64,000 nucleotides of DNA from Candidatus Omnitrophota bacterium (GCA_023819145.1 JAMWCW010000008.1:5584-69583), one strand, 5' to 3'; positions 37,268 to 48,266 are shown, numbered from the stretch's first letter. Notes: generated by a model from the letters alone, not told the origin. Translations and numbers: made by a program.

Positions 37268-38276
37268 AAAAGGAACAATTCTTATAAATGCTTTTTGGAT
37301 TCTCTTTATTTTATTATTGGTGGTTTCTGCCTTTGCTTGGAGAATTTCTTTAGAATTGAAAATATCAAAGATATTTACTTCTCGCCTAAAAGCACTTTCT
37401 TCAGCAAAAGCAGGCGTATATTGGGCAGGATATGTAAAGAAAAATCTTGATAATAGCCCTGCTTATGATTCCTTGAATGACACCTGGGCAGGTAAAGAGA
37501 ACAATGATGTATTTAAAGATAAGGAGGTTGAAGAAACAATAGTAAATATAAGATATTTAAACCACTATGATACTGAGGGAAACCCCGTTTATTATTATGG
37601 GTTGATTGATGAAGAAAGGAAGATTAACTTAAATACAAAGGACTTAAATGCATTAAGAATGTTTGTGGTTAATTTGATGGATATTATAAATAGAGGTGGT
37701 CAGACTATTCTTACCTCTGATATAATTGAAGCAATAATTGACTGGCGCGATAAAGATGAAATAACTCCTGAAGGAGAAACTGAAAATGATTACTATGGAT
37801 ATATTAACCGTAATGGTGAATTTAAAATTTTGGAAGAATTGTTATTATTAAAGGGAATGGATAAAGAAAAGTTTAATATTTTACAAAAATATTTTACCAT
37901 CTATGGTAATGGCAAGATAAATATAAATACTGCCGAGGAAAAAGTTTTAAGCGCAATTGTTTCTGTTTTTCATTCTGTTCCTCAAATAGCACCTTATTTA
38001 GATAGAGTGGTTGAGGAGATAATTGCATTTCGCCCTTTTTCTTCTGCACAAGGGTTATTTAATTTACCTGTAATCCGGGAGATAGTGAGTACTTTGCCTG
38101 AAGAAATAAAAGATGCACTTTTTTCTTCCCTAAGCGTAATAATTGGGGATTGGATTACTTTTACTTCCACTGTATTTCAGGTAAATATAGAGGCAAAAAC
38201 AGAAAGGGTTAGAAAAACAGTTAGAACGTTCTTTAGTTCTCCTGAAGGAAAAATAATTTACTGGAATGAAAATTAA
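37230..38276 (+). CDS. gspK: Pseudopilin GspK
   Basis: DEERKINLN, IIDWRD, ELLLLKG, GKININTA. Confidence 0.85.
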   Translation: MWISLAQKECCRKKGTILINAFWILFILLLVVSAFAWRISLELKISKIFTSRLKALSSAKAGVYWAGYVKKNLDNSPAYDSLNDTWAGKENNDVFKDKEVEETIVNIRYLNHYDTEGNPVYYYGLIDEERKINLNTKDLNALRMFVVNLMDIINRGGQTILTSDIIEAIIDWRDKDEITPEGETENDYYGYINRNGEFKILEELLLLKGMDKEKFNILQKYFTIYGNGKININTAEEKVLSAIVSVFHSVPQIAPYLDRVVEEIIAFRPFSSAQGLFNLPVIREIVSTLPEEIKDALFSSLSVIIGDWITFTSTVFQVNIEAKTERVRKTVRTFFSSPEGKIIYWNEN

Positions 38277-39759
38277 TTTTTTTTCAAAATTAGAAGAATG
38301 GTATCAAAATTTAAAAGAGATATTTTCTTCGGCAAATTACTTTACCTGTTTAGAAATATCCGATACGCATCTGAAATTGGCACAGTTTGAGCGAAAAAAG
38401 GGAACGACGAATCTCGTTTATTTATTTACGCGGAATATTCCTCATCCAGATGACGAAACGATAGTTAAAACTTTGGAAACGGTGCTTTCGGAGATAAAAG
38501 TAAGAGGTTTGGTTTTAACCTGTCTTCCCCGTCATCAGACAACCGTGCGGTATATAAAACTTCCCTCAAGTAAACCTGAGGAACTAGCAGCGATGCTTGA
38601 TTTTCAGATAACTAAACAGATTCCTTATCCCAAGGAAGAAATTGTATATTCTTGTATTAAATTAGGAATAGATTCTACTGGCTATACCGATATACTCTTA
38701 GCCATTGTCCATCAGGAAACAGTTTCTAAACATTTGAAATTATTGAAAGGTTGTAACATTGAACCTGAGAGAATAAGTTTTAGGACACTGAATACCTGTG
38801 AATGGTTTTATGCTAGCTATCCTGATTGTAAAGAAACAGTTTTCCTTATTGATGTAGATACAATTTATACCGAGGTAAGCATAATTGTTCCTTCGGGTAA
38901 ACTCCTCTTTAGTCGCGCTATCAAAATAGGGGTAGAGGATTTAGAAAATGATGAAGATCTTAGAGTATTCAGGAATTTTAGAGATGAAATAAAACTTTCT
39001 CTTTCTACTTTTATGAAAGAGTATGCTGATTTAAAGGTGGATAAGATAATTCTTACAGGAGCCCTTGCTATATTGGACAGAATTAGGAATTATTTTAAGG
39101 ATGAGTTTGAGATAGAAATTGAGATAAAGATGCCTTTGGAAAAGATTGGATTTAAAAGAGATGTTTTGGAAGAGAACTGGTTTGATATACATCGGGTATC
39201 ACTCAATTCAGTATTAGGTTTGGGGCTGGGGAGAGATATTTTAGATAAGTTTAATCTTCTGCCCCTTCCGGAGATAAAGAGAAGGGATGAGGAGAAAAAG
39301 AAATACCAATTTATCTTTGGTATTATACTTATTGCTCTGATTATTTTGACTTTCGTAGGAATTATTTACAGGAAGTTTTACGAAAAGGCGTCTCTGGTGC
39401 GTTATTTGAATGATGAGTTGAAAAAAATAAATATAAGAGCACAGGGTTTGGAGGAGAAGAAGAGGAATTTAGAGTTAATAAAGGACCTTTTTTCAGATAG
39501 AAGCATAAGTTTAGATATCCTTGTTGAACTTTATAAGACAGTTCCTGCAGAAATAAATTTGGTAAATTTTGATTTTGAAGATGGTAAAGGACTTACTTTG
39601 AGAGGAACTTCTACGGAGATGGCAAGTGTGTTTAGATTTGTGGCTACGTTGGATAAATCTCCATACTTTTCTAATTCTCAGGTAAAATTTGTAAGGAAAC
39701 GAGTTGGCTCAGAAGGCTTAACCGATTTTGAAATATTTTCTCCTTTAAAAGGCAAATGA
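38266..39759 (+). CDS. GspL / PilM-PilN-like fusion
   Basis: Actin-like cytoplasmic domain (ILTG), one TM, periplasmic PilN-like domain. Confidence 0.75.
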   Translation: MKINFFSKLEEWYQNLKEIFSSANYFTCLEISDTHLKLAQFERKKGTTNLVYLFTRNIPHPDDETIVKTLETVLSEIKVRGLVLTCLPRHQTTVRYIKLPSSKPEELAAMLDFQITKQIPYPKEEIVYSCIKLGIDSTGYTDILLAIVHQETVSKHLKLLKGCNIEPERISFRTLNTCEWFYASYPDCKETVFLIDVDTIYTEVSIIVPSGKLLFSRAIKIGVEDLENDEDLRVFRNFRDEIKLSLSTFMKEYADLKVDKIILTGALAILDRIRNYFKDEFEIEIEIKMPLEKIGFKRDVLEENWFDIHRVSLNSVLGLGLGRDILDKFNLLPLPEIKRRDEEKKKYQFIFGIILIALIILTFVGIIYRKFYEKASLVRYLNDELKKINIRAQGLEEKKRNLELIKDLFSDRSISLDILVELYKTVPAEINLVNFDFEDGKGLTLRGTSTEMASVFRFVATLDKSPYFSNSQVKFVRKRVGSEGLTDFEIFSPLKGK

Positions 39760-40289
39760 AGTTAATTAGTCAATTTTCAAAACGTGAAAAGTTTCTTTTA
39801 TTTGCTACGGTAGCAGTAATTGTTATAGCAGTTTCAATCAATTTTTTTGTGACTCCTGTGGCAAAAAGATGGCGCCGTATGAACAATCAGATTTCTAATC
39901 TCTATAATAAACTTTCTCGGTATACAAATATATTGACTCTGGAGAAAGAGATTGAAACAAAATATAAGACTTATGCAGATTACCTTAAGGTAAAAGGCTC
40001 AAGCGAAGAGGCATTGGCTTCAGTATTGCAGGAGATAGAGAAACTTGCCAGAACTTCGGGGGTGGCAATTACTAACATCGTGCCTTCAGGAATGGAGACC
40101 AAAGATTTTTATAATAAATTTGAGGTGAGAATGGATGTTGAGTCCGAGATTAACTCACTGGTGCGCTTTCTCTATGAGCTTCAAAGTTCAAAACACCTCT
40201 TTAGAGTTGTGCGTCTAAACATCAATACCAAAGCAGGAACCCAAGATGTTTTACGCTCTTCTATACAACTGATTAAAATATTTATTTGA
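39756..40289 (+). CDS. GspM/PilO-like protein
   Basis: SKREK N-terminus, TM, coiled coil; position in operon. Confidence 0.7.
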   Translation: MKLISQFSKREKFLLFATVAVIVIAVSINFFVTPVAKRWRRMNNQISNLYNKLSRYTNILTLEKEIETKYKTYADYLKVKGSSEEALASVLQEIEKLARTSGVAITNIVPSGMETKDFYNKFEVRMDVESEINSLVRFLYELQSSKHLFRVVRLNINTKAGTQDVLRSSIQLIKIFI

Positions 40290-40291
40290 AT

Positions 40292-40588
40292 ATGCCATTT
40301 TATGAATATCGTTGTCTAAATTGTGGCAAGATAACTACACTCTATAAAAAATCTGCATTTGAAAAAGAAGGATTCTTTTTGTGGTGGAAAACATACCGCT
40401 GTAATTTTTGTAGAAGTAGAAAATTGGAGAAAGTGTATTCAAGTTTTTCGGTATCTAAAAGAGAATCCACCATGGAGGTGCTTAATGAATTGCAGCGTAT
40501 GGGCCCGATCAACTTTGTTCCTGACTATAGCCCCAAAGGTCCTCCGCCGGGAGGATGCCCTTATACTCAAGAAGGGGATAGAAAATAA
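40292..40588 (+). CDS. FmdB-family zinc-ribbon protein
   Basis: MPFYEYRCLNCG..CNFC. Confidence 0.8.
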   Translation: MPFYEYRCLNCGKITTLYKKSAFEKEGFFLWWKTYRCNFCRSRKLEKVYSSFSVSKRESTMEVLNELQRMGPINFVPDYSPKGPPPGGCPYTQEGDRK

Positions 40589-40675
40589 GTCTTGCCCGAT
40601 AAGGAATTTTGTGTTATATTTTTTAAAGGATGGGCGATGGTGTGAGGGCCCTTTTATTTTCCTTCCCAAAAGCCA

Positions 40676-43150
40676 ATGATTTCTTTAAAAGAAGAAATAA
40701 AACAGAGCATCATTTCCTTTGTAGCTTCCTTGGACAAAGAAGGTAGAATATTGACTTTTTCCTGCCATATCCCCGAACTCAATGTTTACGTGGAAGAAGA
40801 AATAAAAAATGAATATTGGGTGGAGCTCTTTGTCCCTACTTCTTACAAAGAAAAGATACGTTATGTTTTACAGGAGATGCAAGAAAAGAATCTTTCTAAT
40901 TTTTGTATTCAGCTTAATCTTATTTGTCGGGCAAAGGAAGAAGTTCCTTTCTTAGTAAATATTTCATTTCTCAAAGAAATCGAAGTTTTCTTGGTTACCG
41001 GGAAGAAAATGGTTGCCCAAAAAGAAGACATTGTTTACTATAAACGATTGGAATCAATTGTGATGGATATTGCTACCATGTTTGTCGGTGTCCGGCTGAG
41101 TGAAATGGATAAGTTAATCGATGAGGCACTCCGGGTAATTGGGGAGTTTACGGAAGCTGATCGCGCGTATGTTTTTTGCGTGAGCGAAGACCGCACAAAA
41201 GTTTATTATGCATATGAATGGTGCAAGGAAGGAATTACTCCTCAAAAGGAAAGGGTTAGAGAATTGATGGTTGAAGATTTTCCCTGGTTGAGGGAAAGGT
41301 TAGAGAAAAGAAAAGAAGTGGTTTATATTCCTTCAGTAGAGAAATTGCCTCCCGAGGCTTTGAGAGAACAACAGGAGTTTAGGGAAGAACAGACAAAATC
41401 GGCTTTACTTGTTCCGATGCTCTTAAATGGCGTAGTGACCGGATTTTTGGGTTTTGATTCGGTGTTTAAAGAAAGAGAATGGGATGATGATTGTGTTTTT
41501 TTATTGAAAATAGTAGGGGAAATTCTAGCGAATGCTTTAGCTCGGAAACAGACAGATTTTGCAATAGAAGAAGGACGGCGTTTTGTTTATAGCGTGTTTG
41601 AGAGCATTCAGGATGGAATAAGTATTTTAGACAAAGAACTGAATATTATCAGTGTCAACCACACTATGGAAAAATGGTATGCTTATAGTATGCCACTAGT
41701 GGGAAAGAAATGTTATTTTGCTTACCATAAGAGAAAAGAACCCTGCACTATCTGTCCTACCCAGAAGACGCTCAAAACTCAGAAACAGGCATATGAAGTG
41801 GTCGCGAAGTGTGGACCAGAAGGAGAAACTGTGGGGTGGGTTGATTTATATTCTTTTCCGCTCTTTGATTCTCTGACGGGAGAGATGAAAGGAGTAATTG
41901 AATATGTAAGAGATGCTACGGAACGGAAAAAAGCAGAAGATTTATTACATAACCTAACTCTTAACCTTAGAAGGACAAATAAAAAATTGAAGCTGCTTTC
42001 ACTAAAAGATAGTCATACGGGATTGTATAATTATCGTTATCTTACGGAAGTTATAGAGTCAGAGTTTCAGAGGAGTAATAGATATGGACTGTCTCTTTCT
42101 GTGATTATGCTGGACATAGATTATTTTAAATCAATAAATGAAGTATATGGACATAATTTTGGAGATATGATTCTGAAACAATTGGCTAACCTTTGTAAGA
42201 AAATGGTGCGTATATACGATACAGTTATTCGTTTTGGAGGAGAAGAGTTTATTTTTATTCTTCCGGATACGGACCATTTGGGAGCAGTAAATCTTGCGCG
42301 ACGTCTTTTGGAAAAGATAAACAGTTTTAACTTTGGTAGTGCCCAACAAAGGGTCCATCTTAAAGTGAGTATGGGGATTGCTTCTTATCCCTATGATCGA
42401 GTGTCTAGTGGTATGGAATTGGTAAATCTAGCCGATAGACTTTTAGGAAAGATAAAAGACCACGGAGGAAACAACATTTTTTCCAGTGAAATTTACCATA
42501 AAGATAAGCAGGTATTTAGCGAAGAGGATAGTGCTAAAGATACCAAAATGTTGAAAGAAAAGATAGATAAACTCACCAAACGTGCTAATCAAAGTATAAG
42601 GGAAGCAATTTATGCTTTTGCCCGCACAATCAAGTTGAAAGATGATTATACCGGAGAACATGTGGAGAAGACCGTGATTTACGCAGTAGAGACAGCCAAG
42701 GCTTTGGGGCTTTCTCCGGGGGAGATAGAAAAAGTTAGCGATGCTGCTATGCTTCATGACTTAGGGAAGATCGGGATAAGCGAGAAAATTTTGTTAAAAA
42801 AGTCAAAACTTACCTCGAAAGAGTTTGATGAACTAAAAAAACATCCGCAGATTGGAGCAGATATTTTGCGTTCCATTCATTTTCTTAAAGAGATAATTCC
42901 TTTTGTGCTCTATCATCATGAGCGTTATGATGGACGAGGGTATCCTTTTGGTTTAAAGGGAGAGGAAATTCCTTTAGGAGCAAGAATAGTGGCTGTTGCA
43001 GATGTGTATCAGGCATTAATTTCTAACCGTCCTTACCGCAAAGCCTATGCCAAAAGAGAGGCAATGCGGATTATCAAAAAAGGAGCAGGAACGCAGTTCG
43101 ACTCCCGTATTGTAGAAGCTTTCTTAGAGGTTGTTCAAAAAGTCCATTAA
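40676..43150 (+). CDS. GAF-PAS-GGDEF-HD-GYP c-di-GMP signalling protein
   Basis: RFGGEEF with RxxD I-site; LHDLGK; HHERYDGRGYP. Confidence 0.9.
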   Translation: MISLKEEIKQSIISFVASLDKEGRILTFSCHIPELNVYVEEEIKNEYWVELFVPTSYKEKIRYVLQEMQEKNLSNFCIQLNLICRAKEEVPFLVNISFLKEIEVFLVTGKKMVAQKEDIVYYKRLESIVMDIATMFVGVRLSEMDKLIDEALRVIGEFTEADRAYVFCVSEDRTKVYYAYEWCKEGITPQKERVRELMVEDFPWLRERLEKRKEVVYIPSVEKLPPEALREQQEFREEQTKSALLVPMLLNGVVTGFLGFDSVFKEREWDDDCVFLLKIVGEILANALARKQTDFAIEEGRRFVYSVFESIQDGISILDKELNIISVNHTMEKWYAYSMPLVGKKCYFAYHKRKEPCTICPTQKTLKTQKQAYEVVAKCGPEGETVGWVDLYSFPLFDSLTGEMKGVIEYVRDATERKKAEDLLHNLTLNLRRTNKKLKLLSLKDSHTGLYNYRYLTEVIESEFQRSNRYGLSLSVIMLDIDYFKSINEVYGHNFGDMILKQLANLCKKMVRIYDTVIRFGGEEFIFILPDTDHLGAVNLARRLLEKINSFNFGSAQQRVHLKVSMGIASYPYDRVSSGMELVNLADRLLGKIKDHGGNNIFSSEIYHKDKQVFSEEDSAKDTKMLKEKIDKLTKRANQSIREAIYAFARTIKLKDDYTGEHVEKTVIYAVETAKALGLSPGEIEKVSDAAMLHDLGKIGISEKILLKKSKLTSKEFDELKKHPQIGADILRSIHFLKEIIPFVLYHHERYDGRGYPFGLKGEEIPLGARIVAVADVYQALISNRPYRKAYAKREAMRIIKKGAGTQFDSRIVEAFLEVVQKVH

Positions 43151-43182
43151 TAATTTCCCTCTCTTTTCTATAACGATTTTTC

Positions 43183-43212
43183 TTGACAAAAATTTTAAAC
43201 GTAATGTATAAT
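43183..43212 (+). promoter_or_regulatory. sigma70 promoter of the hrcA operon
   Basis: TTGACA-N18-TATAAT. Confidence 0.75.
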
Positions 43213-43216
43213 CATT

Positions 43217-43243
43217 TTAGCACTCTCATTACGAGAGTGCTAA
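43217..43243 (+). promoter_or_regulatory. CIRCE operator
   Basis: Perfect TTAGCACTC-N9-GAGTGCTAA directly upstream of hrcA. Confidence 0.97.
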
Positions 43244-43258
43244 AATGGAGGAGCCGAG

Positions 43259-44302
43259 ATGCAGGTTGTAGATTTACGTTCAAGAAAAGAAAAAATCTTA
43301 GGTACAATTGTAGAAACCTATATTGAAGAAGCAAAGCCGGTGGGGTCGCGGACCATTGCGAGGAAGTTACGTTTTAAATTTTCACCTGCTACCATCAGGA
43401 ATATTATGGCGGATTTGGAAGAAGAAGGTTATATTATGCATCCTTATACTTCCGCAGGCAGGATTCCTACGGATAAGGGATATCGCTATTATGTAGACAA
43501 TTTAATGCCTTTAGAGGAACTTACTCCTCAGGAGAAAAAGGAAATTATGCGGGAATATTCTACCTCTAAGGGAGATATATCTACTTTCATGGATAAAACC
43601 AGTCGCCTTTTAGCTCGTTTATCAGAAGAGGCGGGGATTGTGGTTTATCCCTGTCTGAGCAAAAGTAGATTAAAACATATTGAATTGATTGATATTGGCA
43701 ATAATTCCGTTTTGATGGTATTGGTTACCAATGCTGGTTTGATTAAGAATCTAATTCTGCGTTTTCCTCAGGTTTATTCACGGAGTCAGCTAGAGAAAAT
43801 TAGTAATCTTTTTAATGCAGAATTGGAAGGAATTTATTTGAGTGAAGTATGGAAATATCTTCTGCAGAAGAGATTGAGTGAAGATTTTTCTATCTATAAT
43901 CTCTTCAAAGACGCTTTTTCTCTTTTGGAAGAAGCGTTTAAAAAACTGGAGGAGGAAAAATTTTGTTTTGAGGGAACAACTCAAATTATTTCTCAACCTG
44001 AATTTGAAGACAGGGTTGCTTTGACTAAATTACTGCACCTTATAGAAGAGAAGAGATTGTTTCTGGATATCATTGCGCGCGATATGGAAGAAGATGGTGT
44101 AAAAATTCATATTGGAGAAGAGAATATTTTTGAGGAGGTAAAATCTTTGAGCCTAATTACTGCAAATTACCATCTGGAAGGAAAAGTGGTTGGTGCGTTG
44201 GGAGTAGTTGGTCCCACACGGATGGCCTATGCCCATGTTTTGAGCATTGTAAAGTATGTATCCCAAATTTTAGAGCATATTTTGCAGGATAGAGGAATAT
44301 GA
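43259..44302 (+). CDS. hrcA: Heat-inducible repressor HrcA
   Basis: PVGS, SPATIRN, TSAGRIPT, GPTRMAY. Confidence 0.95.
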   Translation: MQVVDLRSRKEKILGTIVETYIEEAKPVGSRTIARKLRFKFSPATIRNIMADLEEEGYIMHPYTSAGRIPTDKGYRYYVDNLMPLEELTPQEKKEIMREYSTSKGDISTFMDKTSRLLARLSEEAGIVVYPCLSKSRLKHIELIDIGNNSVLMVLVTNAGLIKNLILRFPQVYSRSQLEKISNLFNAELEGIYLSEVWKYLLQKRLSEDFSIYNLFKDAFSLLEEAFKKLEEEKFCFEGTTQIISQPEFEDRVALTKLLHLIEEKRLFLDIIARDMEEDGVKIHIGEENIFEEVKSLSLITANYHLEGKVVGALGVVGPTRMAYAHVLSIVKYVSQILEHILQDRGI

Positions 44303-44892
44303 AGAAAGATTCGGAAGATAAAAAAGAGGTTAAAGATATTTCTGCGACGGAAAAAAAGAATCATAAAGATTCTTCTGGAGAGCAGCCAGTTTCCTCTGAG
44401 TGGGAAGAACTGCGGAGAAAAGCTAATCTTGCGGAAGAATACTATGATAAACTTTTGCGTTTAGGAGCGGAGTTTGAGAATGCTCGAAGGAGAATGCAGA
44501 AGGAAAAGGAAGATTTTATTTTTTTTGCTAATCAGAAGCTCTTATCTGAGTTATTACCTATCGCGGATGATTTTGAGCGTCTATTGGAAGGTTTAGAAAA
44601 AAATCATATTGATGAAGGGCTTTCTACAGGGATAAAGATAATACATAAAAGATTGCAAGAGGTTTTGGAAAAGAATGGATTGGTGCGGATGAAGGTAATA
44701 GGAGAAAAATTTGACCCGACAAGACACGAGGCTTTAATGATTGTGGACACTACAGAACATCCTGAGGATACTATTGTAGAAGAAATTCGCAGTGGATATC
44801 TTTTGTACAATAAAGTGTTAAGACCTGCAGTGGTTAAAGTAGCCAAGAGGAAAGAAAAAAGTAGTGCACCCGAACAACAGAGTACAAATTAA
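44299..44892 (+). CDS. grpE: Nucleotide exchange factor GrpE
   Basis: AEFEN, FDPTRHEA, GY..VLRPAVV. Confidence 0.95.
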   Translation: MKKDSEDKKEVKDISATEKKNHKDSSGEQPVSSEWEELRRKANLAEEYYDKLLRLGAEFENARRRMQKEKEDFIFFANQKLLSELLPIADDFERLLEGLEKNHIDEGLSTGIKIIHKRLQEVLEKNGLVRMKVIGEKFDPTRHEALMIVDTTEHPEDTIVEEIRSGYLLYNKVLRPAVVKVAKRKEKSSAPEQQSTN

Positions 44893-44911
44893 AAGGGAGG
44901 TGAAATAAAAA

Positions 44912-46789
44912 ATGGCTAAAGCAATCGGTATTGATTTAGGAACATCCAATTCTGCGGCTGCGGTAGTAGAAGGAGGAAGACCTACGATTATTCCTTCTGC
45001 CGAAGGGGCTGGAGTGGCTTCGGGGAAGGCTTTTCCTTCGTATGTCGCTTTTACTAAAGATGGACAACGACTAGTGGGAGAGCCTGCAAGAAGACAAGCA
45101 GCAATTAATCCCGAGGGGACGATTTTTGCTGCCAAACGCAAGATGGGGACAGATTACAAATTTAGAGTCTATGGTAAAGAGTATACTCCACAACAAATTT
45201 CTGCGTTTATTTTACAAAAAATCAAAAGTGATGCAGAAGCATTTTTAGGAGATAAAGTTGAAGAGGTGGTAATTACTTGCCCTGCTTATTTCGATGACAA
45301 TCAGCGAACCGCTACCAAAGACGCAGGAGAAATTGCGGGATTGAAGGTTTTACGCATTATCAATGAACCTACTGCTGCCTGTCTTGCCTATGGTTTGGAT
45401 AAATTAGGTAAGCGCTTAAAAATTATGGTTTTTGATCTGGGTGGAGGAACACTGGATGTTACCATTATGGAGATGGGCGAAGAAGGAGGTTTTATGGTTC
45501 TTTCTACCAGTGGCGATACTCAGTTGGGTGGAACGGATATGGATAATGCACTTATTGAGTATGTGGTTGAGCAGTTTAAACGTGAGACAGGGATAGACCT
45601 GCATAATGATAAAATGGCTATGCAGAGAGTCCGTGAAGCTTCTGAGAAGGCAAAGATTGAACTTTCCAGTACGCTCACTACGGACATAAATCTTCCTTTT
45701 ATTACCGCGGATGCAACAGGGCCTAAACATCTTACAATAAACATTACCCGCGCTAAGTTAGAGGAATTAGTCTCACCTATCATTGAACGATGCCGGCACC
45801 CCATAGAACAGGCGTTAGCGGATGCACAACTTAAGGCTGGGGATATTGACAGGATAATACTGGTGGGAGGGCCTACCCGGATGCCCTCGGTACAGAAATT
45901 TGTGGAGGAAGTGGTGGGGAAGAAGATTGAACGTGGAATAGACCCGATGGAATGCGTCGCTATGGGAGCAGCGGTTCAGGCAGCAATTATTAAAGGAGAG
46001 ATGAAGGAAGTATTACTCGTAGATGTTACTCCTTTATCTTTAGGAATTGAAACATTAGGAGGGGTTTTTACAAAATTGATTGAGAGAAATACAGCAATTC
46101 CTACCCGTAAATCTGAAATATTTTCTACCGCGGCCGACAACCAGACTGCAGTTACTATCCGTGTGCTTCAAGGTGAACGGCCGATGGCAGATGATAATGT
46201 AGAATTAGGAAGATTTGATTTGATTGGTATTCCTCCAGCACCACGGGGAATTCCTAAAATTGAAGTTACTTTCGATATCGACGCCAATGGTATTGTTCAT
46301 GTTTCGGCAAAGGATTTAGGGACCGGTAAGGAACAATCAATGAAAATTACTGCTCCTAAGAAGTTATCGAAAGAGGATATTGAAAAGATGGTTAAAGAGG
46401 CGGAGAAATTTGCAGAACAGGATAAGAAGAGAAAAGAGGAGGTAGAATTAATAAATCAAGCAGATACTTTGATTTACACTACAGAAAAATCCTTAAAAGA
46501 ATTTGGTGATAAGATCAGCCAGAGTGAGCGGGCAGAGATTGAGGCAAAACTTAATGACTTAAAAACCGCGGTTAAGGACAAGAATATAGAAAGAATCAAA
46601 AAGAATATGGAGGAATTGACCCGTGCTTCCCACAAACTGGCAGAAGAGGTTTATAAACAAGCGGGAGCTACTGGTCAGAAAACAGAAACCCACCGTGAAC
46701 AAAAAGCAGAGAAAACGGAAAATAAAGAAGAAAAGAAAGAAGACATTATTGATGCGGAATATAAAGTAGATGATGAGGATAAGAAATAA
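44912..46789 (+). CDS. dnaK: Chaperone DnaK
   Basis: GIDLGT, INEPTAA, DLGGGT. Confidence 0.98.
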   Translation: MAKAIGIDLGTSNSAAAVVEGGRPTIIPSAEGAGVASGKAFPSYVAFTKDGQRLVGEPARRQAAINPEGTIFAAKRKMGTDYKFRVYGKEYTPQQISAFILQKIKSDAEAFLGDKVEEVVITCPAYFDDNQRTATKDAGEIAGLKVLRIINEPTAACLAYGLDKLGKRLKIMVFDLGGGTLDVTIMEMGEEGGFMVLSTSGDTQLGGTDMDNALIEYVVEQFKRETGIDLHNDKMAMQRVREASEKAKIELSSTLTTDINLPFITADATGPKHLTINITRAKLEELVSPIIERCRHPIEQALADAQLKAGDIDRIILVGGPTRMPSVQKFVEEVVGKKIERGIDPMECVAMGAAVQAAIIKGEMKEVLLVDVTPLSLGIETLGGVFTKLIERNTAIPTRKSEIFSTAADNQTAVTIRVLQGERPMADDNVELGRFDLIGIPPAPRGIPKIEVTFDIDANGIVHVSAKDLGTGKEQSMKITAPKKLSKEDIEKMVKEAEKFAEQDKKRKEEVELINQADTLIYTTEKSLKEFGDKISQSERAEIEAKLNDLKTAVKDKNIERIKKNMEELTRASHKLAEEVYKQAGATGQKTETHREQKAEKTENKEEKKEDIIDAEYKVDDEDKK

Positions 46790-46860
46790 AACTCTAAATC
46801 CAAAATTCAAAGCTCTAAGCAATTTCAAATAAATTTTAGAATTGAGGGTTTAGAGTTTAT
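46790..46860. repeat. 7-nt-period imperfect inverted repeat between dnaK and dnaJ
   Basis: CTCTAAA TCCAAAA TTCAAAG CTCTAAG ... TTTTAGA ATTGAGG GTTTAGA G. Confidence 0.55.
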
Positions 46861-46874
46861 GGTTTTTTACTAAA

Positions 46875-48020
46875 ATGGCGAAACGTGATTATTACGAAAT
46901 ACTGGGTGTAGATAAGAGAGCCTCCAAAGAGGAGATAAGAGCTGCTTTTCGTAAGTTGGCAATGCAATACCATCCTGACCGCGCACCGCAGGATAAGAAA
47001 AAAGAGGCAGAGGAGAAATTTAAAGAAATTTCTGAAGCTTATGCAGTTTTGTCTGATGATCAGAAACGTGCTCAGTACGACCAATTTGGACATGCGGGAA
47101 TTGATTCAAGATATAGTTACGAGGATATTTTCCGGGGAGCAGACTTTGGAAGCATCTTTGAGGATTTAGGTTTTGGAGGTAGCATCTTTGAAGAACTTTT
47201 TAGTGACTTTGGTTTATTTGGAAGTGGGCGAAGAACTTCTCGTAAGACAGGAAGAGGGAGGGACTTACAGTTTGATTTGGAAATCTCTTTTGAAGAGGCT
47301 GCGCGCGGGACTACAAGAACCATAGAGGTTTCGCGGTATGAAATTTGTTCTGCTTGTCGAGGGGAAGGGGCTAAACCGGGGACAAAAAAAGTCGAATGTT
47401 CGCGTTGTCACGGAACAGGGCAATCAAGGGTTTCCCAAGGGTTTTTTACTTTAACTACTACCTGTTCTGCCTGTCAAGGCGAAGGGTATAAAGTTCAGGT
47501 TCCCTGTCCTAACTGTCGTGGACAGGGGCGGGAGAAGGTGGAGCGAAAAATTGAAGTTAAAATTCCTCCCGGCGTAGATACAGGGTCGCATCTGCGTCTT
47601 ACTGGAGAAGGCGAGGCGGGTGTTTCTGGTGTAAGGGGAGATTTGTATGTAGTAATCTATGTTAAACCTCATCCGCTCTTTGAAAGACATGAGGATGACA
47701 TCTATTTAGAACTTCCCATAAGTTTTGCTACTGCCTGTTTAGGAGGAGAGGTGGATGTTCCTACTTTAAATGGTGGTGTAAAAATGAAGATCCCTGCAGG
47801 AACACAGTCGGGTAAAGTTTTTCGTATCCGAGGCAAAGGTTTTCCCAGATTACATAACCAAGGACAGGGAGATGAATTGGTGAGGGTAGTGGTAGAGGTT
47901 CCGACAGAATTAACCCCTGAACAAAAGAAACTTTTGCGTGATTTTGCTGCTGCATTAAGAGAAGATTCCCTCCCTTTAACCCGCTCCTTCCGCGAAAAAT
48001 TACGCCATATATTTAAATAA
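46875..48020 (+). CDS. dnaJ: Chaperone DnaJ
   Basis: HPD, G/F region, four CxxCxGxG. Confidence 0.97.
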   Translation: MAKRDYYEILGVDKRASKEEIRAAFRKLAMQYHPDRAPQDKKKEAEEKFKEISEAYAVLSDDQKRAQYDQFGHAGIDSRYSYEDIFRGADFGSIFEDLGFGGSIFEELFSDFGLFGSGRRTSRKTGRGRDLQFDLEISFEEAARGTTRTIEVSRYEICSACRGEGAKPGTKKVECSRCHGTGQSRVSQGFFTLTTTCSACQGEGYKVQVPCPNCRGQGREKVERKIEVKIPPGVDTGSHLRLTGEGEAGVSGVRGDLYVVIYVKPHPLFERHEDDIYLELPISFATACLGGEVDVPTLNGGVKMKIPAGTQSGKVFRIRGKGFPRLHNQGQGDELVRVVVEVPTELTPEQKKLLRDFAAALREDSLPLTRSFREKLRHIFK

Positions 48021-48266
48021 ATAAGGGTGCCTAAATTTCTTAAATACTGGTTAACGCTCATGTTTTATGGTTATTTTCAGGGGGTCTTTTTTAGAGAAAT
48101 TTCTTTCGGATAAGATTCTGTACTTATTATATGTTTTTAGAAGGGTAATTTTTCTACCTTGGTGTTAACAGGATTATTTTTTGAAATATTTTCTTTGATG
48201 TTCGGAGCATTCATTTAGGAATGAGGATTTATGGAATTAACAAGATGGAGAAATTTAATTTTCTTG

